A stretch of DNA of 64,000 nucleotides from Helicobacter cetorum (GTDB taxonomy: Bacteria; Campylobacterota; Campylobacteria; Campylobacterales; UBA6016): assembly GCA_022729705.1 (NCBI GenBank), contig DZAX01000010.1, positions 5,037-69,036 on the forward strand, read 5' to 3'. Under the pieces are notes generated by a model. That model was not told the origin of the DNA, made no database searches, and saw nothing but the letters and a program-made list of their open reading frames with translations. The position numbers and the translations under genes were made by a program. This document shows, in pieces, positions 16,857 through 27,465 of the stretch (positions within the stretch are counted from its first letter, which is position 1; each line of letters starts with the position of its first letter).

Positions 16857-19800
16857 ATGTATAGTAAATTTTTTATAAACAAGCCGGTGCTCTCTGCTGT
16901 TATAGCCATAATTATTATGATTTTGGGAATTACGGCGATTAAGAGTCTGCCTATATCACAATTTCCAAACCTAACACCGCCAACCGTGGTCGTAACAGCT
17001 TCATATCCCGGCGCCGATGCAGAGACTATCGCAAACAACATCCTAACCCCGCTTGAGGCTCAAATCGCCGGAGCGGACGGACTTATGTATGTAAACGGCA
17101 AAGCCTCCGCCGCGACTGGTACGGCAAGTATTACGTGTACTTTTAATATTGGCGTAAATCAAGATTTGGCGGCGGTGGAGATACAAAACCGTATCAATCC
17201 CGCCCTTGCCTTGCTACCTCAAACTACAAGAGATTTAGGGATTAGCGTCCAAAAAAGAACCTCTGATATTTTGCTTATCTCAGCTATTACATCCCCCGAT
17301 GGAAGCTTTTCTGATACGGATATAAGCAACTACATCTTGACAAATATGCTAGATGAAATCAAAAAAATTCCCGGTGCCGGAAGGTCAATGATTTTTGGGC
17401 AACGAGACTACGCTATCAGAGTCTGGCTAGACCCCGACAAAATGGCAAAACTGGGCGTTACAAGTTCGGATGTATCCCTTTCGATAAAAGACCAAAATAT
17501 ACAAGTAGCCCCAGGTAGGCTTGGGCAAGCTCCGACAAAAGACGACCAGATGTGGACGATGCAGCTAACGAGCAAAGGTAGATTCTCCACGCCTGAGGAG
17601 TTTTCAGAAGTTATCATCAGATCAAACCAAGACGGCTCCGCAATTCGTCTAAAGGACGTGGCAAGAGTAGAGCTTGGAAGTCAAAACTACGAGTACTTCG
17701 GGCGCGTAAAAGGCAAACCGGCGGCTATGATAGGAATATTCGCCGACGTAAACGCAAACGCACTTGATACGGCGGACGCCGTCCACAAAAAGATGGAGGA
17801 GCTATCCAAAAAGTTTCCTCCCGGAATAGAGTACAAAATCCCTTACGATACGACGGATTTTGTGCGAATATCTATTCAAGAGGTTGTTAAGACGCTGTTA
17901 GAGGCTATTCTTCTAGTTAGCCTTATTATCTATCTGTTTTTGCAAAGCTGGAGAGCGGCTCTTATCCCCATACTATCCGTTCCGGTATCGCTCACGGGGG
18001 CTTTTATCGGAATGTATCTGCTTGGTTATTCCATCAATACGCTCACACTCTTTGGACTGGTGCTTGCAATCGGAATAGTCGTGGACGACGCTATTGTTGT
18101 TATTGAAAATATGGAGAGGATACTTCAAACCGAAAAGCTCCGCCCAAGAGAAGCCGCTATCAAGGCTATGACGCAAGTCTCAGGTCCCGTAATCGCGATA
18201 GTTCTTGTAATGTGCGCCGTCTTTATTCCCGCCACTTTTATGGGCGGTATGACCGGACAACTCTACAAGCAGTTTGCGGCGACAATCGCCATATCGGTCA
18301 TCTTTTCCGGTTTTATGGCTATCTCGTTTGCGCCCGCTATCGGAGCTTTGATTTTAAAACAACATCACAAAGAGCCGGCTAGATTTTTTAGATGGTTTAA
18401 CGCCAAATTTGCAAAGATGACCGACAACTATGTAAAACGCTCCGGTTGGATGATAAGAAAATCGGCTATTGTGTTTGTAATCTATCTATCCACATACGGT
18501 TTTATATACTTCTTCAACAAAACCTTACCGACGGCGTTTGTGCCGATGGAAGATCAAGGCTATTTTATTACCAGTATAAATCTACCGGACGGCGCCTCGG
18601 TCAATAGGACAAAAGAGGTCGTAAAAGAGGTTGAGGCGATACTAGCAAAAGAAGAGGCGGTATCCACATACACGGCTATCACCGGACTCAACATCATGAC
18701 GTTTTCGCAAGAGCCAAACTCAGCCGCTGTGTTTGTAAGGCTAAAGCCGTGGAGCGAGAGACCGACAAAAGCTCTAAGTCTTTTTGGAACGCTTAGAAGC
18801 GTGGGATCAAAATATGGAGCGATAAAAGAGGCGAATGTCATCGCAATGCCGCCGCCGCCTATACGCGGCATGGGGCCATCTGATATGTTTAACTTCCATC
18901 TATTGCAAATGGGCGACGCCAATATGACAAAAATGGCAAACTCTACAAACAACTTTTTAAAAGCGCTCAAAGACGAGAAGAGTCTTAAAATGTCGTTTTC
19001 GACGATGAGAGCGGACACCCCTACCCTACTTGTAAATGTAGACAGGGAAAAAGCAAAATCGTTTGGCGTCTCTATCGCCGATATATTTGGGACATTGCAA
19101 TCAACTATTGGCTATATGAACATAAACCAGTTTGATAAAAACGGCAAAACATATTGGGTTCAAGTCCAATCCGAAAAAGAGTACAGAAGCAAACCGGAAG
19201 ACATAGGCAAAGCGTGGGTTCGCTCGTCATCCGGCAAAATGCTTCCGCTAAGAAATTTTGTAACCGTATCACAATCAAGCGCACCCTCAACCATAGAGCA
19301 CTTTAACGGCGCTTTGGCGACTACTATCATGGGTTCTCCAGCGCAAGGATACAGCTCGGGAGATATTATAAAAATAGTTGAAAATTTGGGCGACACGATA
19401 CTGCCGACGGGAACGACATACGACTGGGACGGCATCTATCTACAAGAAAAATTTGTAGGTTCCAAAACTCTTATTATTATGGTGTTTGCCCTCTCTTTGG
19501 TGTATCTGATTTTGGCGGCTCTGTATGAAAAATGGATACTTCCAATATCTATTATGCTGGCTGTTCCATATGGGATTATGGGCGCATACACGGTGGTTTG
19601 GCTCATACCGTTTTTAAATAACAACGTCTTTTTCCAAATAGGCTTGCTGACTCTTATAGGACTATCGGCAAAAAACGCCATTTTGGTTGTAGAGTTTGCC
19701 GAGGAGCAGAGAAAAGCGGGTAAAAACATCTATGATGCGACAATGGAAGCGGCAAGACTAAGGTATAGACCGATGATGATGACCTCTGTGGCGTTTTTGG

Positions 19801-19994
19801 CGGGGATGATACCGCTTATTATGAGCTCAGGCGCCGGAGCCGCTAGTAGGTTTTCTATCGGTGTGGCTATGTTTGGCGGTATGATGGCGGCTACGTTTAT
19901 CGAGAGGTTTTTTATACCTTTTCTTTACTACTGGGTAGCTACAATAAGCGCCAAATTAATATCCGAAAAGGAGGTTTTTCATGAAGCGGAGTAA
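16857..19994 (+). CDS. RND multidrug efflux transporter, inner-membrane permease (AcrB/CmeB family)
   Basis: 1045 aa. MYSKFFINKPVLSAVIAIIIMILG...LPISQFPNLTPPTV. The VVDDAIVVIENMER motif. Confidence 0.9.
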   Translation: MYSKFFINKPVLSAVIAIIIMILGITAIKSLPISQFPNLTPPTVVVTASYPGADAETIANNILTPLEAQIAGADGLMYVNGKASAATGTASITCTFNIGVNQDLAAVEIQNRINPALALLPQTTRDLGISVQKRTSDILLISAITSPDGSFSDTDISNYILTNMLDEIKKIPGAGRSMIFGQRDYAIRVWLDPDKMAKLGVTSSDVSLSIKDQNIQVAPGRLGQAPTKDDQMWTMQLTSKGRFSTPEEFSEVIIRSNQDGSAIRLKDVARVELGSQNYEYFGRVKGKPAAMIGIFADVNANALDTADAVHKKMEELSKKFPPGIEYKIPYDTTDFVRISIQEVVKTLLEAILLVSLIIYLFLQSWRAALIPILSVPVSLTGAFIGMYLLGYSINTLTLFGLVLAIGIVVDDAIVVIENMERILQTEKLRPREAAIKAMTQVSGPVIAIVLVMCAVFIPATFMGGMTGQLYKQFAATIAISVIFSGFMAISFAPAIGALILKQHHKEPARFFRWFNAKFAKMTDNYVKRSGWMIRKSAIVFVIYLSTYGFIYFFNKTLPTAFVPMEDQGYFITSINLPDGASVNRTKEVVKEVEAILAKEEAVSTYTAITGLNIMTFSQEPNSAAVFVRLKPWSERPTKALSLFGTLRSVGSKYGAIKEANVIAMPPPPIRGMGPSDMFNFHLLQMGDANMTKMANSTNNFLKALKDEKSLKMSFSTMRADTPTLLVNVDREKAKSFGVSIADIFGTLQSTIGYMNINQFDKNGKTYWVQVQSEKEYRSKPEDIGKAWVRSSSGKMLPLRNFVTVSQSSAPSTIEHFNGALATTIMGSPAQGYSSGDIIKIVENLGDTILPTGTTYDWDGIYLQEKFVGSKTLIIMVFALSLVYLILAALYEKWILPISIMLAVPYGIMGAYTVVWLIPFLNNNVFFQIGLLTLIGLSAKNAILVVEFAEEQRKAGKNIYDATMEAARLRYRPMMMTSVAFLAGMIPLIMSSGAGAASRFSIGVAMFGGMMAATFIERFFIPFLYYWVATISAKLISEKEVFHEAE

Positions 19995-21408
19995 AATTTT
20001 TGCTCTCTCTTTTGCCGCCTCTATACTTCTTGGCGGATGCGCGATAGGTCCCGATTATGCAAAACCGGCGTTGCAAATTCCAAAAGAGTATAGAAACGCA
20101 GACGCAAACAAAAGCGTAGTAGATAAAAAATGGTGGACAAGCTTTGGCGATGAGGGGCTAAATGCGGCGGTAGAGAGCGCCATTGCGGCAAACTACGACA
20201 TCCGCATAGCAGAGGCGCAAGTTGAGGCGGTGCTTGGGCAGTTTGACGAGGCGAAATCATATCTCTATCCGCATATCAACGGCGGCGGCTCGCTTCAAAG
20301 ACAAGGCGTAACGGGTTCTACAAACTCCAATCTAAAAAACGGAGTCACAAACACATTTGCCGCCTCCCTTACGATGGCAAGCTATGAGATAGACCTTTTT
20401 GGCAAAGTCAGACGAGCCACCGAAGCGGCAAGAGCAATGCTTTTAGCCTCAGAATACAACACAAGAGCGGCGAGGCTATCAATCGCTGCCAGCGTCGCCG
20501 CCTCATACACAAGGCTCTCCTCAATCAACGCTCAAATAGAGGTCGCCAAAGAGAGCATAAAAGCGGCGGCAGAGATAGAGAAGATAACAAAAGTCAAATA
20601 CAATTTAGGCTCGTTTAGCGAGATGGAGTGGCTTCAGTCCGTGGCGCAACTTGAAAGCTCAAAAGCGGCTTTATCAGCCTTGCAAGCTACAAAAATGAGC
20701 GAAGAGGCGCTATTTAACACGCTACTAGCCGAAAACCCAAAAACGCCAAACGTCTCACAAATTGACAAAATCAACGCACCAGTCGTTCCGGCTGGAGTTC
20801 CAAGCGATATTTTGACTCAAAGACCGGATATTGGAGCGTCTGAACAAAACCTAATAGCCGCAAACGCAAAAATAGGCGTAGCAAAAGGAGCCTACTTTCC
20901 AAGCATAAGCCTAACGGGAATGTTTGGAAACCAAAGCGGCGAACTTAGCAAGCTTTTTGCCTCTCCAACTAGAATTTGGCAGTTTACCCCGTCTCTCAAC
21001 CTACCGATTTTTAGTGCCGGACTAATAGCCGGACAGGTAAAAGAGGCTGAGGCGACAAAATCACAGGCGTTAGCGCAATATCAAAAAACCATAGTATCGG
21101 CGTTTAACGACGCAGATAGCGCAATAGGTCAAAACTATCAAGCAAAAGAGCAGATGAGCGCCAACAAAAAAAGAGCGGAAGCGATGGAAAAAGCGTTTGT
21201 AAACGCAAAGCTAAGATACAAGCTCGGCTCCATATCATATACAGACATGCTAACCGTGGAGCAGAGCTGGCTTAGCGCAAAACAACAAGAGATTATCTCA
21301 AAACAAAACGCAATTACGGCGACAATAAATCTCTACAAAGCCTTAGGCGGGGGATGGGACAATAAAGATTTACCGGATTTGCCTAGTTTGCTACCGGCGG
21401 GAGTATAG
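19981..21408 (+). CDS. Outer-membrane efflux lipoprotein (NodT/CmeC family)
   Basis: Lipobox LLGGCA, PDYAKP, and the C-terminal LYKALGGGW signature. Confidence 0.85.
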   Translation: MKRSKIFALSFAASILLGGCAIGPDYAKPALQIPKEYRNADANKSVVDKKWWTSFGDEGLNAAVESAIAANYDIRIAEAQVEAVLGQFDEAKSYLYPHINGGGSLQRQGVTGSTNSNLKNGVTNTFAASLTMASYEIDLFGKVRRATEAARAMLLASEYNTRAARLSIAASVAASYTRLSSINAQIEVAKESIKAAAEIEKITKVKYNLGSFSEMEWLQSVAQLESSKAALSALQATKMSEEALFNTLLAENPKTPNVSQIDKINAPVVPAGVPSDILTQRPDIGASEQNLIAANAKIGVAKGAYFPSISLTGMFGNQSGELSKLFASPTRIWQFTPSLNLPIFSAGLIAGQVKEAEATKSQALAQYQKTIVSAFNDADSAIGQNYQAKEQMSANKKRAEAMEKAFVNAKLRYKLGSISYTDMLTVEQSWLSAKQQEIISKQNAITATINLYKALGGGWDNKDLPDLPSLLPAGV

Positions 21409-21447
21409 CCTCCCGTAAGATGCTTGAAATCTTCAGATAAAGAGATT

Positions 21448-21476
21448 ATCCGAGTTGTTCGTACTCTAACTCGGAT
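21448..21476 (+). terminator. Candidate stem-loop after the efflux operon
   Basis: ATCCGAGTT-11 nt-AACTCGGAT, a 9-bp stem, 40 nt after the stop. The T-tract is weak. Confidence 0.35.
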
Positions 21477-21589
21477 GGATTTAGATGATTTGATTGATTG
21501 CGTTAGCTAGAATATCAAAGAGCAAAAAGAAAAAGCCAAGAAATTTAAGAGTATAAACCTAGATTTCACATACTGATGTAATGGGATGG

Positions 21590-21621
21590 TGTAATATGGT
21601 AAAACTTGATAAGTTGATTGT
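21590..21621. repeat. Copy A of a 32-nt intergenic repeat (AATGGGATGGTGYAATRTGGTAAAACTTGATA)
   Basis: Differs at 2 positions from copy B at 48107-48138. Confidence 0.7.
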
Positions 21622-21741
21622 TGCCGAATATTACCATAATAGACGGTAACAATGAAGAAAAAATGAAGTTTTTGATACAAAACGTATATAATTTCGGTAA
21701 TATTTTACAAAAGAGCTATGCAACTATACGGGGAATAAACA

Positions 21742-23238
21742 ATGCCAAAAGATTTTTTGGAAAAGATACCAAATAAGTATGAGATTTTATATGGATTTTT
21801 AAAATCAACTATATACGGCGTTATATTGGCGGACGCCACAAAAGAGAGTATGCCTATTCTTTACGTCAATAACGCTTTTGTGAGTATTTTTGGATATACA
21901 AAAGAGGAGCTTATCGGCAAAAGCGCAAAACTTTTAAGAGGCAAACAAACAAACGCCGATAGCGCAAACTATATAGACGAACAGATTAAAAATTTAAAAG
22001 AGGTTGATATAGATTTGATGTACCACACAAAGTCAAATCTACCGTTTTTTTGCAACCTTATCGCGACTCCAATATTTGACGAAAGAAGTCATATTAGATA
22101 CTATCTATTTTTGTTTAGAAACATCTCCTATAAAGAGGAGATAAAAACCCTAAGAGACGTGCTAAATGAAGAACTCAAGCTCTCCATGGAGTACAAAGAT
22201 GCGATAGATGAAGCGTCAATCGTCAGCAAAACGGATATAAACGGTGATATCACCCATATAAACGATGCTTTTTGCAATATCTCCGGCTACATGCACTTTG
22301 AGCTTTTGAGGGCAAAACACAATATCAACAAACATATAGATATGCCAAAAGAGAGTTTTCACGATATGTGGAAGACGATACTCTCCAAAAAAGTATGGAA
22401 AGGTATAGTAAAAAATATATGCAAAGACGGCTCGTCGCGGATTATCAACACCACAATAAGACCGATACTAAATACAAAAGGCGAAATAGTAGAGTTTATC
22501 TCCATAGGACACGATATAACCGAGCAGATACTAGCAAAGGAGGCGGCGCAAAAAGCGTTGGAGTCAAAAAGCGCATTTTTCGCAAGAGCTTCACATGAGC
22601 TTAGAACCCCTCTAAATGCGATTATCAATTTTACGGAGATTATGATTGAAGAGTTTGATGAGATGTTCCAATGCGACGATGTGAGAGCGCAGCATATCGA
22701 CTTTTTGAATAGAATAGATAAAAACTCAAAACATCTACTCTCTTTAATAAACGACTTGCTTGATATATCAAAATTTGAAAAAAGAAGACAAGAGCTAAAC
22801 CCTGTAGACGTGCATAAAGTAATCAAAAATGCTTCCGAGGCTTGCATGCTCGCCGCAAAAAAGAAAAACTTGGAGCTTATTTTTTGTCATAACTCCGCAG
22901 AGACGCTTGTGATGGCTCATGAGAGAATGCTTTTGCAAGTGCTGTTAAATCTTTTGTCAAACGCTATCAAATTTACAAACAGCGGCTATGTGGAGCTATA
23001 CTGTGAAAAAACCGACGACGATGTGGAGATAAAAATAAGAGACACCGGTCGCGGCATACCTAAAGAAAAAATAGATAAGATATTTGAACCTTTTGAGCAA
23101 GCGTCCGAGAGTGACGAGGGAACAGGGCTTGGGCTCAAACTAGTAAAAGATATGTGCGAGGCGATGAATATTAAAATAGAGATTGAAAGCAAAGAGGGTT
23201 TTGGAACCACTTTTACGCTTTTGGCAAGGAGAGTATAA
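21742..23238 (+). CDS. Cytoplasmic PAS-domain sensor histidine kinase
   Basis: Two PAS-like segments. H-box SHELRTPLNAI, N-box LLSNAIKFT, DTGRGIP, GTGLGL. No TM segment. Confidence 0.85.
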   Translation: MPKDFLEKIPNKYEILYGFLKSTIYGVILADATKESMPILYVNNAFVSIFGYTKEELIGKSAKLLRGKQTNADSANYIDEQIKNLKEVDIDLMYHTKSNLPFFCNLIATPIFDERSHIRYYLFLFRNISYKEEIKTLRDVLNEELKLSMEYKDAIDEASIVSKTDINGDITHINDAFCNISGYMHFELLRAKHNINKHIDMPKESFHDMWKTILSKKVWKGIVKNICKDGSSRIINTTIRPILNTKGEIVEFISIGHDITEQILAKEAAQKALESKSAFFARASHELRTPLNAIINFTEIMIEEFDEMFQCDDVRAQHIDFLNRIDKNSKHLLSLINDLLDISKFEKRRQELNPVDVHKVIKNASEACMLAAKKKNLELIFCHNSAETLVMAHERMLLQVLLNLLSNAIKFTNSGYVELYCEKTDDDVEIKIRDTGRGIPKEKIDKIFEPFEQASESDEGTGLGLKLVKDMCEAMNIKIEIESKEGFGTTFTLLARRV

Positions 23239-24567
23239 ATGCAAAAAAACGAGATAAATATCCTAATCACCGACGACATTGAGGACAACAGACTGGTATT
23301 AAAGACAATCTGTAAAAAGTTTAAAGACGTAAAGATATTTGAGGCTAGCAACGGACTTGAGGCTGTAGAAATAGTCGAGTCTGAAGATATAGGTATAGTT
23401 TTGATGGACGTGATGATGCCGTTTATGGACGGTTTTGAGGCTTCCAAAATCATCAAAAGTATGAAAAGCTCCCCGTATATCCTAATAGTGACGGCGGTAA
23501 CAGACAAAGAGACTGAGTATAAATTTACAAAACTAGGGATTGACGGATATGTCAGAAAACCTATAGATAGAGAGAGCTTTAAGGCGAGACTTGAGAGCTT
23601 AAAAAGCTCTTGTCTTATCAAAAAAGGCGCAAACGTAGGAATGGCGACCAAAAAACCGCTCTCCAAACAAGCCACATATTGTAGAAATTTTAAAACATAC
23701 TTTTTGATAGAAAACGAAGAAGACGCAATGAATTTAGGGCTTTGGTTAACGGAGTATAGAGCGAGGGTTGATGCTGATATTACTTTTGAGTTTGAGGATA
23801 GTCTCGCCGCCACTTACAAAATATGCGAAGCGGCTCACAAAAAATCGGAGACCCTTACCGTGGTAGTGGAAGAAGATTTTGAAAAAATGTATCTTACTTT
23901 TATACCATCAAACTCGCTAGATTGCAGCCATGCGGTGGAAAAAATAACGAATAGCGTAAGAGCGAACATACTGTGCGAAACTACCATCATTTACCTCACA
24001 ATCAATATAAGCTCCGACGCAAAAAGCTCAAAAACGCCTGACGCTGCGTCAAAAAGCGAAGCCGAAAAAGACGACAGAGTGGATTGCGATAAAACGATTC
24101 ATAAAACAGTGCGTCGCATTGCAAATGAGAAAATATCAGCTCCGGAGTTTATGCTTGATCTGCACGACTCCCCAATAATAGAGGAGATGCTGGAGTTATC
24201 GGAGATAGAGGGTAGATGGAGAGAGTGTCTTTTGGAATCGACGCACAAAATAACCAAAGCAAATATCAATCTACTTGTTGATAGCGCAATAGACGAATAT
24301 GCAAGATTTATCAACAAAATTTGCGAATTTTCATCAATAGGATACGCCATTAGCTCTCTTGGTGCATCTCTTCGAGGGGTTGACGAACAGAAACTAACAG
24401 AGATAGCGCCAAAACTAAAACTGCCATTAGAGAGTATGCTAAACGACTTGATGCATTGGAGAAACTCTATATTTATAAATCGAAATACAAAAGATATTCA
24501 CTTTTTGGATAGCTCAATAATAGCCACCTGCATACAAATAGACGCTTTAGTTGGCGAGAAGAAATAA
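23239..24567 (+). CDS. Response regulator receiver domain fused to a ~310-aa uncharacterised C-terminal region
   Basis: REC motifs ITDDIEDN, VLMDVMMPFMDG, YVRKPI. Start abuts the kinase stop. Confidence 0.8.
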   Translation: MQKNEINILITDDIEDNRLVLKTICKKFKDVKIFEASNGLEAVEIVESEDIGIVLMDVMMPFMDGFEASKIIKSMKSSPYILIVTAVTDKETEYKFTKLGIDGYVRKPIDRESFKARLESLKSSCLIKKGANVGMATKKPLSKQATYCRNFKTYFLIENEEDAMNLGLWLTEYRARVDADITFEFEDSLAATYKICEAAHKKSETLTVVVEEDFEKMYLTFIPSNSLDCSHAVEKITNSVRANILCETTIIYLTINISSDAKSSKTPDAASKSEAEKDDRVDCDKTIHKTVRRIANEKISAPEFMLDLHDSPIIEEMLELSEIEGRWRECLLESTHKITKANINLLVDSAIDEYARFINKICEFSSIGYAISSLGASLRGVDEQKLTEIAPKLKLPLESMLNDLMHWRNSIFINRNTKDIHFLDSSIIATCIQIDALVGEKK

Positions 24568-24581
24568 CCTAAGGAGAACAT

Positions 24582-26261
24582 ATGAGAAGCGATATAATAA
24601 AAAAAGGATGGGAGAAAACCCCGCATAGAAGCCTACTTCGAGCTACTGGATTAAAAGATGAAGATTTTGACAAGCCATTTATCGGCATAGCAAATAGCCA
24701 TATAGATATTATTCCCGGACATTTTTTTCTTCAAGAGTACGGCAAAATAGTCAAAGAAGCGATAAGAGAAGCCGGCGGCGTACCGTTTGAGTTTAACACC
24801 ATCGGCGTGGACGACGGTATCGCTATGGGGCATGACGGAATGCTCTATAGTCTGCCTAGCCGCGAACTAATCGCCGATAGTATAGAGACGGTGATGAACG
24901 CTCACAAGCTAGACGCTCTAATCTGTATACCAAACTGCGACAAGATAGTCCCTGGGATGATAATGGGTGCTCTACGCGTCAATGTCCCGACTGTATTTGT
25001 AAGCGGCGGTCCTATGAAGGCGGGGTATCTAAAAGACGGAACCGCTATAGATCTTGCGACGGCTTTTGAAGCGGTTGGCAAAAAAAACAACGGCACAATA
25101 ACAGATGAAGAGCTATACGAAATAGAGTGCAATGCGTGTCCTGGCGGCGGCTCATGTAGCGGGATGTTTACGGCAAACTCCATGAATACGCTTTGCGAGG
25201 CGATGGGTATAGCGTTGCCTGGAAACGGCACCGTACTTGCGATGACTCCTGAGCGAATAGGGATGATAAAGACGGCGGCAAAAAGAGTCGTGCAAATAGC
25301 TTTGGACGATAAATATAAAATCAGAAATATTCTAAACGAAAAAGCGGTACACAACGCATTTGTAGTAGATATGGCAATGGGTGGAAGCTCAAACACGGTA
25401 CTTCACATGCTTGCAATCGCAAAAGAAGCAGGGGTAGACTTCCCAGTAGCACACATCAACGACATAGCGGGCAAAGTAGCACACATAGCCAAAATAAGCC
25501 CCTCACTTAGCACGGTGCACATGGAAGACATCGGTAAGGCGGGCGGCGTAAATGCGGTCATGAAAGAGGTAAGCAAAAGAGGTGACATCTTGCAAATAGA
25601 CGCGCTTACCGTGACAGGCGAAACTATCGGAGAGAGAATCAAAGACGCAAATATCAAAGACACAAGCATTATCCACACCAACGAAAACGCATACTCTGCG
25701 GTGGGTGGGCTGGCGATACTGTTTGGCAACCTAGCAGAACAAGGGTGTGTCGTAAAAACTGCCGGAATACAGCCAAGCATGAGAAAATTTACTGGCAAAG
25801 CGATATGCTTCAACTCCCAAGACGAAGCGATAGCGGGCATCATGGGCGGCAAAGTAGTTGCGGGACATGTGGTAGTCATCAGATACGAAGGCCCAAGAGG
25901 CGGTCCCGGAATGCAAGAGATGCTTACCCCCACAAGCCTAATAGCGGGTATGGGTCTTGGCGAGTCCGTAGCTCTTATCACGGACGGCAGATTTAGCGGC
26001 GCAACGCGAGGGGCGTGTATCGGTCACATCAGCCCTGAGGCGGCGGAGGGCGGACTCATCGGACTGCTTGAGGACGGTGACGAGATAAGCCTAGATGTGG
26101 ATAGCCATATGCTTCACGCCAACCTAAGCGAAGAGGTCATAGAGGCAAGACGAGAGAGCTTCAAAGGGCACAAAAAACATATCAGCTCAAAATGGTTAAA
26201 AAGATATGCACTTCTGGTCTCAAATGCGAGTAGCGGAGCAGTGCTGAAAACCGAACTATAA
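24582..26261 (+). CDS. ilvD: Dihydroxy-acid dehydratase
   Basis: [48 protein letters not shown]. Confidence 0.95.
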   Translation: MRSDIIKKGWEKTPHRSLLRATGLKDEDFDKPFIGIANSHIDIIPGHFFLQEYGKIVKEAIREAGGVPFEFNTIGVDDGIAMGHDGMLYSLPSRELIADSIETVMNAHKLDALICIPNCDKIVPGMIMGALRVNVPTVFVSGGPMKAGYLKDGTAIDLATAFEAVGKKNNGTITDEELYEIECNACPGGGSCSGMFTANSMNTLCEAMGIALPGNGTVLAMTPERIGMIKTAAKRVVQIALDDKYKIRNILNEKAVHNAFVVDMAMGGSSNTVLHMLAIAKEAGVDFPVAHINDIAGKVAHIAKISPSLSTVHMEDIGKAGGVNAVMKEVSKRGDILQIDALTVTGETIGERIKDANIKDTSIIHTNENAYSAVGGLAILFGNLAEQGCVVKTAGIQPSMRKFTGKAICFNSQDEAIAGIMGGKVVAGHVVVIRYEGPRGGPGMQEMLTPTSLIAGMGLGESVALITDGRFSGATRGACIGHISPEAAEGGLIGLLEDGDEISLDVDSHMLHANLSEEVIEARRESFKGHKKHISSKWLKRYALLVSNASSGAVLKTEL

Positions 26262-26277
26262 GAAGAGGATTTTTAAG

Positions 26278-27465
26278 ATGGCAGAAAAAATAGAAAAAAT
26301 TGAGTGGTTCGAGGATTTAATTTCAGTAGATGAAGAGGAAGATTCATATGGAGAAATAGCGGAATATGACATATCTGCATCGCCAAATGACTTTAATATT
26401 AAGACATTGTTTTCTTTTATTGAAGGCGGTTTTTTCAAGATTCCTGGCTTTCAAAGAAACTATGTTTGGGATATAAAAAGAGCGTCTAGGCTTATAGAAT
26501 CTTTAATACTGGGTATACCAATACCACAAATATTTTTATATGAAGAGGGTAAAAATAAGTATCTAGTTGTTGATGGGCAACAAAGGCTTATGACTATTTA
26601 CTATTTTTTAAAAGGCAGATTTCCAAGAGAGCAAAAAAGAAACGAACTCAGAAAGATTTTTGATGAAAATGGAAAAATACCAGAGACTATTATTCAAAAT
26701 GATGAGTATTTTGTTAAGTTCAACTTAAAACTATCGCAAGGTTTGCCTGGAAAAACAAACCCATTGAGTGGTTTAAATTATTTTACACTTGAAGAGCATG
26801 TATCGACATTGGACTTTAGGACTATACGTAATATTATAGTTAAGCAAAATTATCCAGACGGAGATGATTCAAGTATTTTTGAGCTATTTAACAGGCTTAA
26901 TACAGGGGGAGTAAATCTTAAGCCGCAAGAAATTAGAACCAGCCTATATCATTCAAATTTCTACGATATGCTATATAAAATAAATCTAAACCCCACTTGG
27001 CGAACACTTATCGGTTTGGAAAGTCCAGACTTATATATGAAAGATATTGAGGTTTTGATTAGGGTTTTCGGTTTGTTGCTAAAGGGTACCGACTATAAGC
27101 CCTCAATGACAAGGTTTTTAAATTCGTTTTCAAAACAATGCAAGAGTCTTCCGACCACAGAGATAGAGTATCTGGAGGGTTTATTTATATATGTGATGAC
27201 CGCATGTGAAAGCTTAGATGTAACTGCTTTTCAGATAGCAAAAGGTAAATTTAGTTTCTTATTGTTTGAAGCTTTCTTTTGCGCAATATGCAAGGATAAT
27301 GTTGCCAATAAAAAACATCCAGTAATAAACGCTAATGTTGTATTAGATTTAATATCAAAAATCAAATCTAGTGAAAAATTTAGTAATGCCAGCAAGGATG
27401 CTACGGCAAGCAAAGAGAATGTAACAAATAGGCTAAGTGCGGCTTATGAGTTATACAATGCATAA
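26278..27465 (+). CDS. DUF262 (ParB-like NTPase/nuclease superfamily) protein without a recognisable DUF1524/HNH C-terminal domain
   Basis: IPGFQRNYVW and VVDGQQRLMTIYYF motifs, plus FELFNRLNTGGVNLKPQEIR. Visibly more AT-rich than ilvD. Confidence 0.8.
   Translation: MAEKIEKIEWFEDLISVDEEEDSYGEIAEYDISASPNDFNIKTLFSFIEGGFFKIPGFQRNYVWDIKRASRLIESLILGIPIPQIFLYEEGKNKYLVVDGQQRLMTIYYFLKGRFPREQKRNELRKIFDENGKIPETIIQNDEYFVKFNLKLSQGLPGKTNPLSGLNYFTLEEHVSTLDFRTIRNIIVKQNYPDGDDSSIFELFNRLNTGGVNLKPQEIRTSLYHSNFYDMLYKINLNPTWRTLIGLESPDLYMKDIEVLIRVFGLLLKGTDYKPSMTRFLNSFSKQCKSLPTTEIEYLEGLFIYVMTACESLDVTAFQIAKGKFSFLLFEAFFCAICKDNVANKKHPVINANVVLDLISKIKSSEKFSNASKDATASKENVTNRLSAAYELYNA

Noticed and set aside
18560-19018. 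152-aa minus-strand ORF inside the RND permease gene.
   Set aside because: It is a shadow ORF antisense to a 1045-aa AcrB-family gene.
22986-23813. 275-aa minus-strand ORF spanning the kinase/response-regulator junction.
   Set aside because: It is antisense to two genes with unambiguous HK and REC motifs, and its translation is low-complexity and Ser/Leu/Ile-rich.
25403-25981. 192-aa minus-strand ORF, with another at 24902-25396, inside ilvD.
   Set aside because: It is antisense to ilvD, which has diagnostic dehydratase motifs. This looks like a typical shadow ORF.
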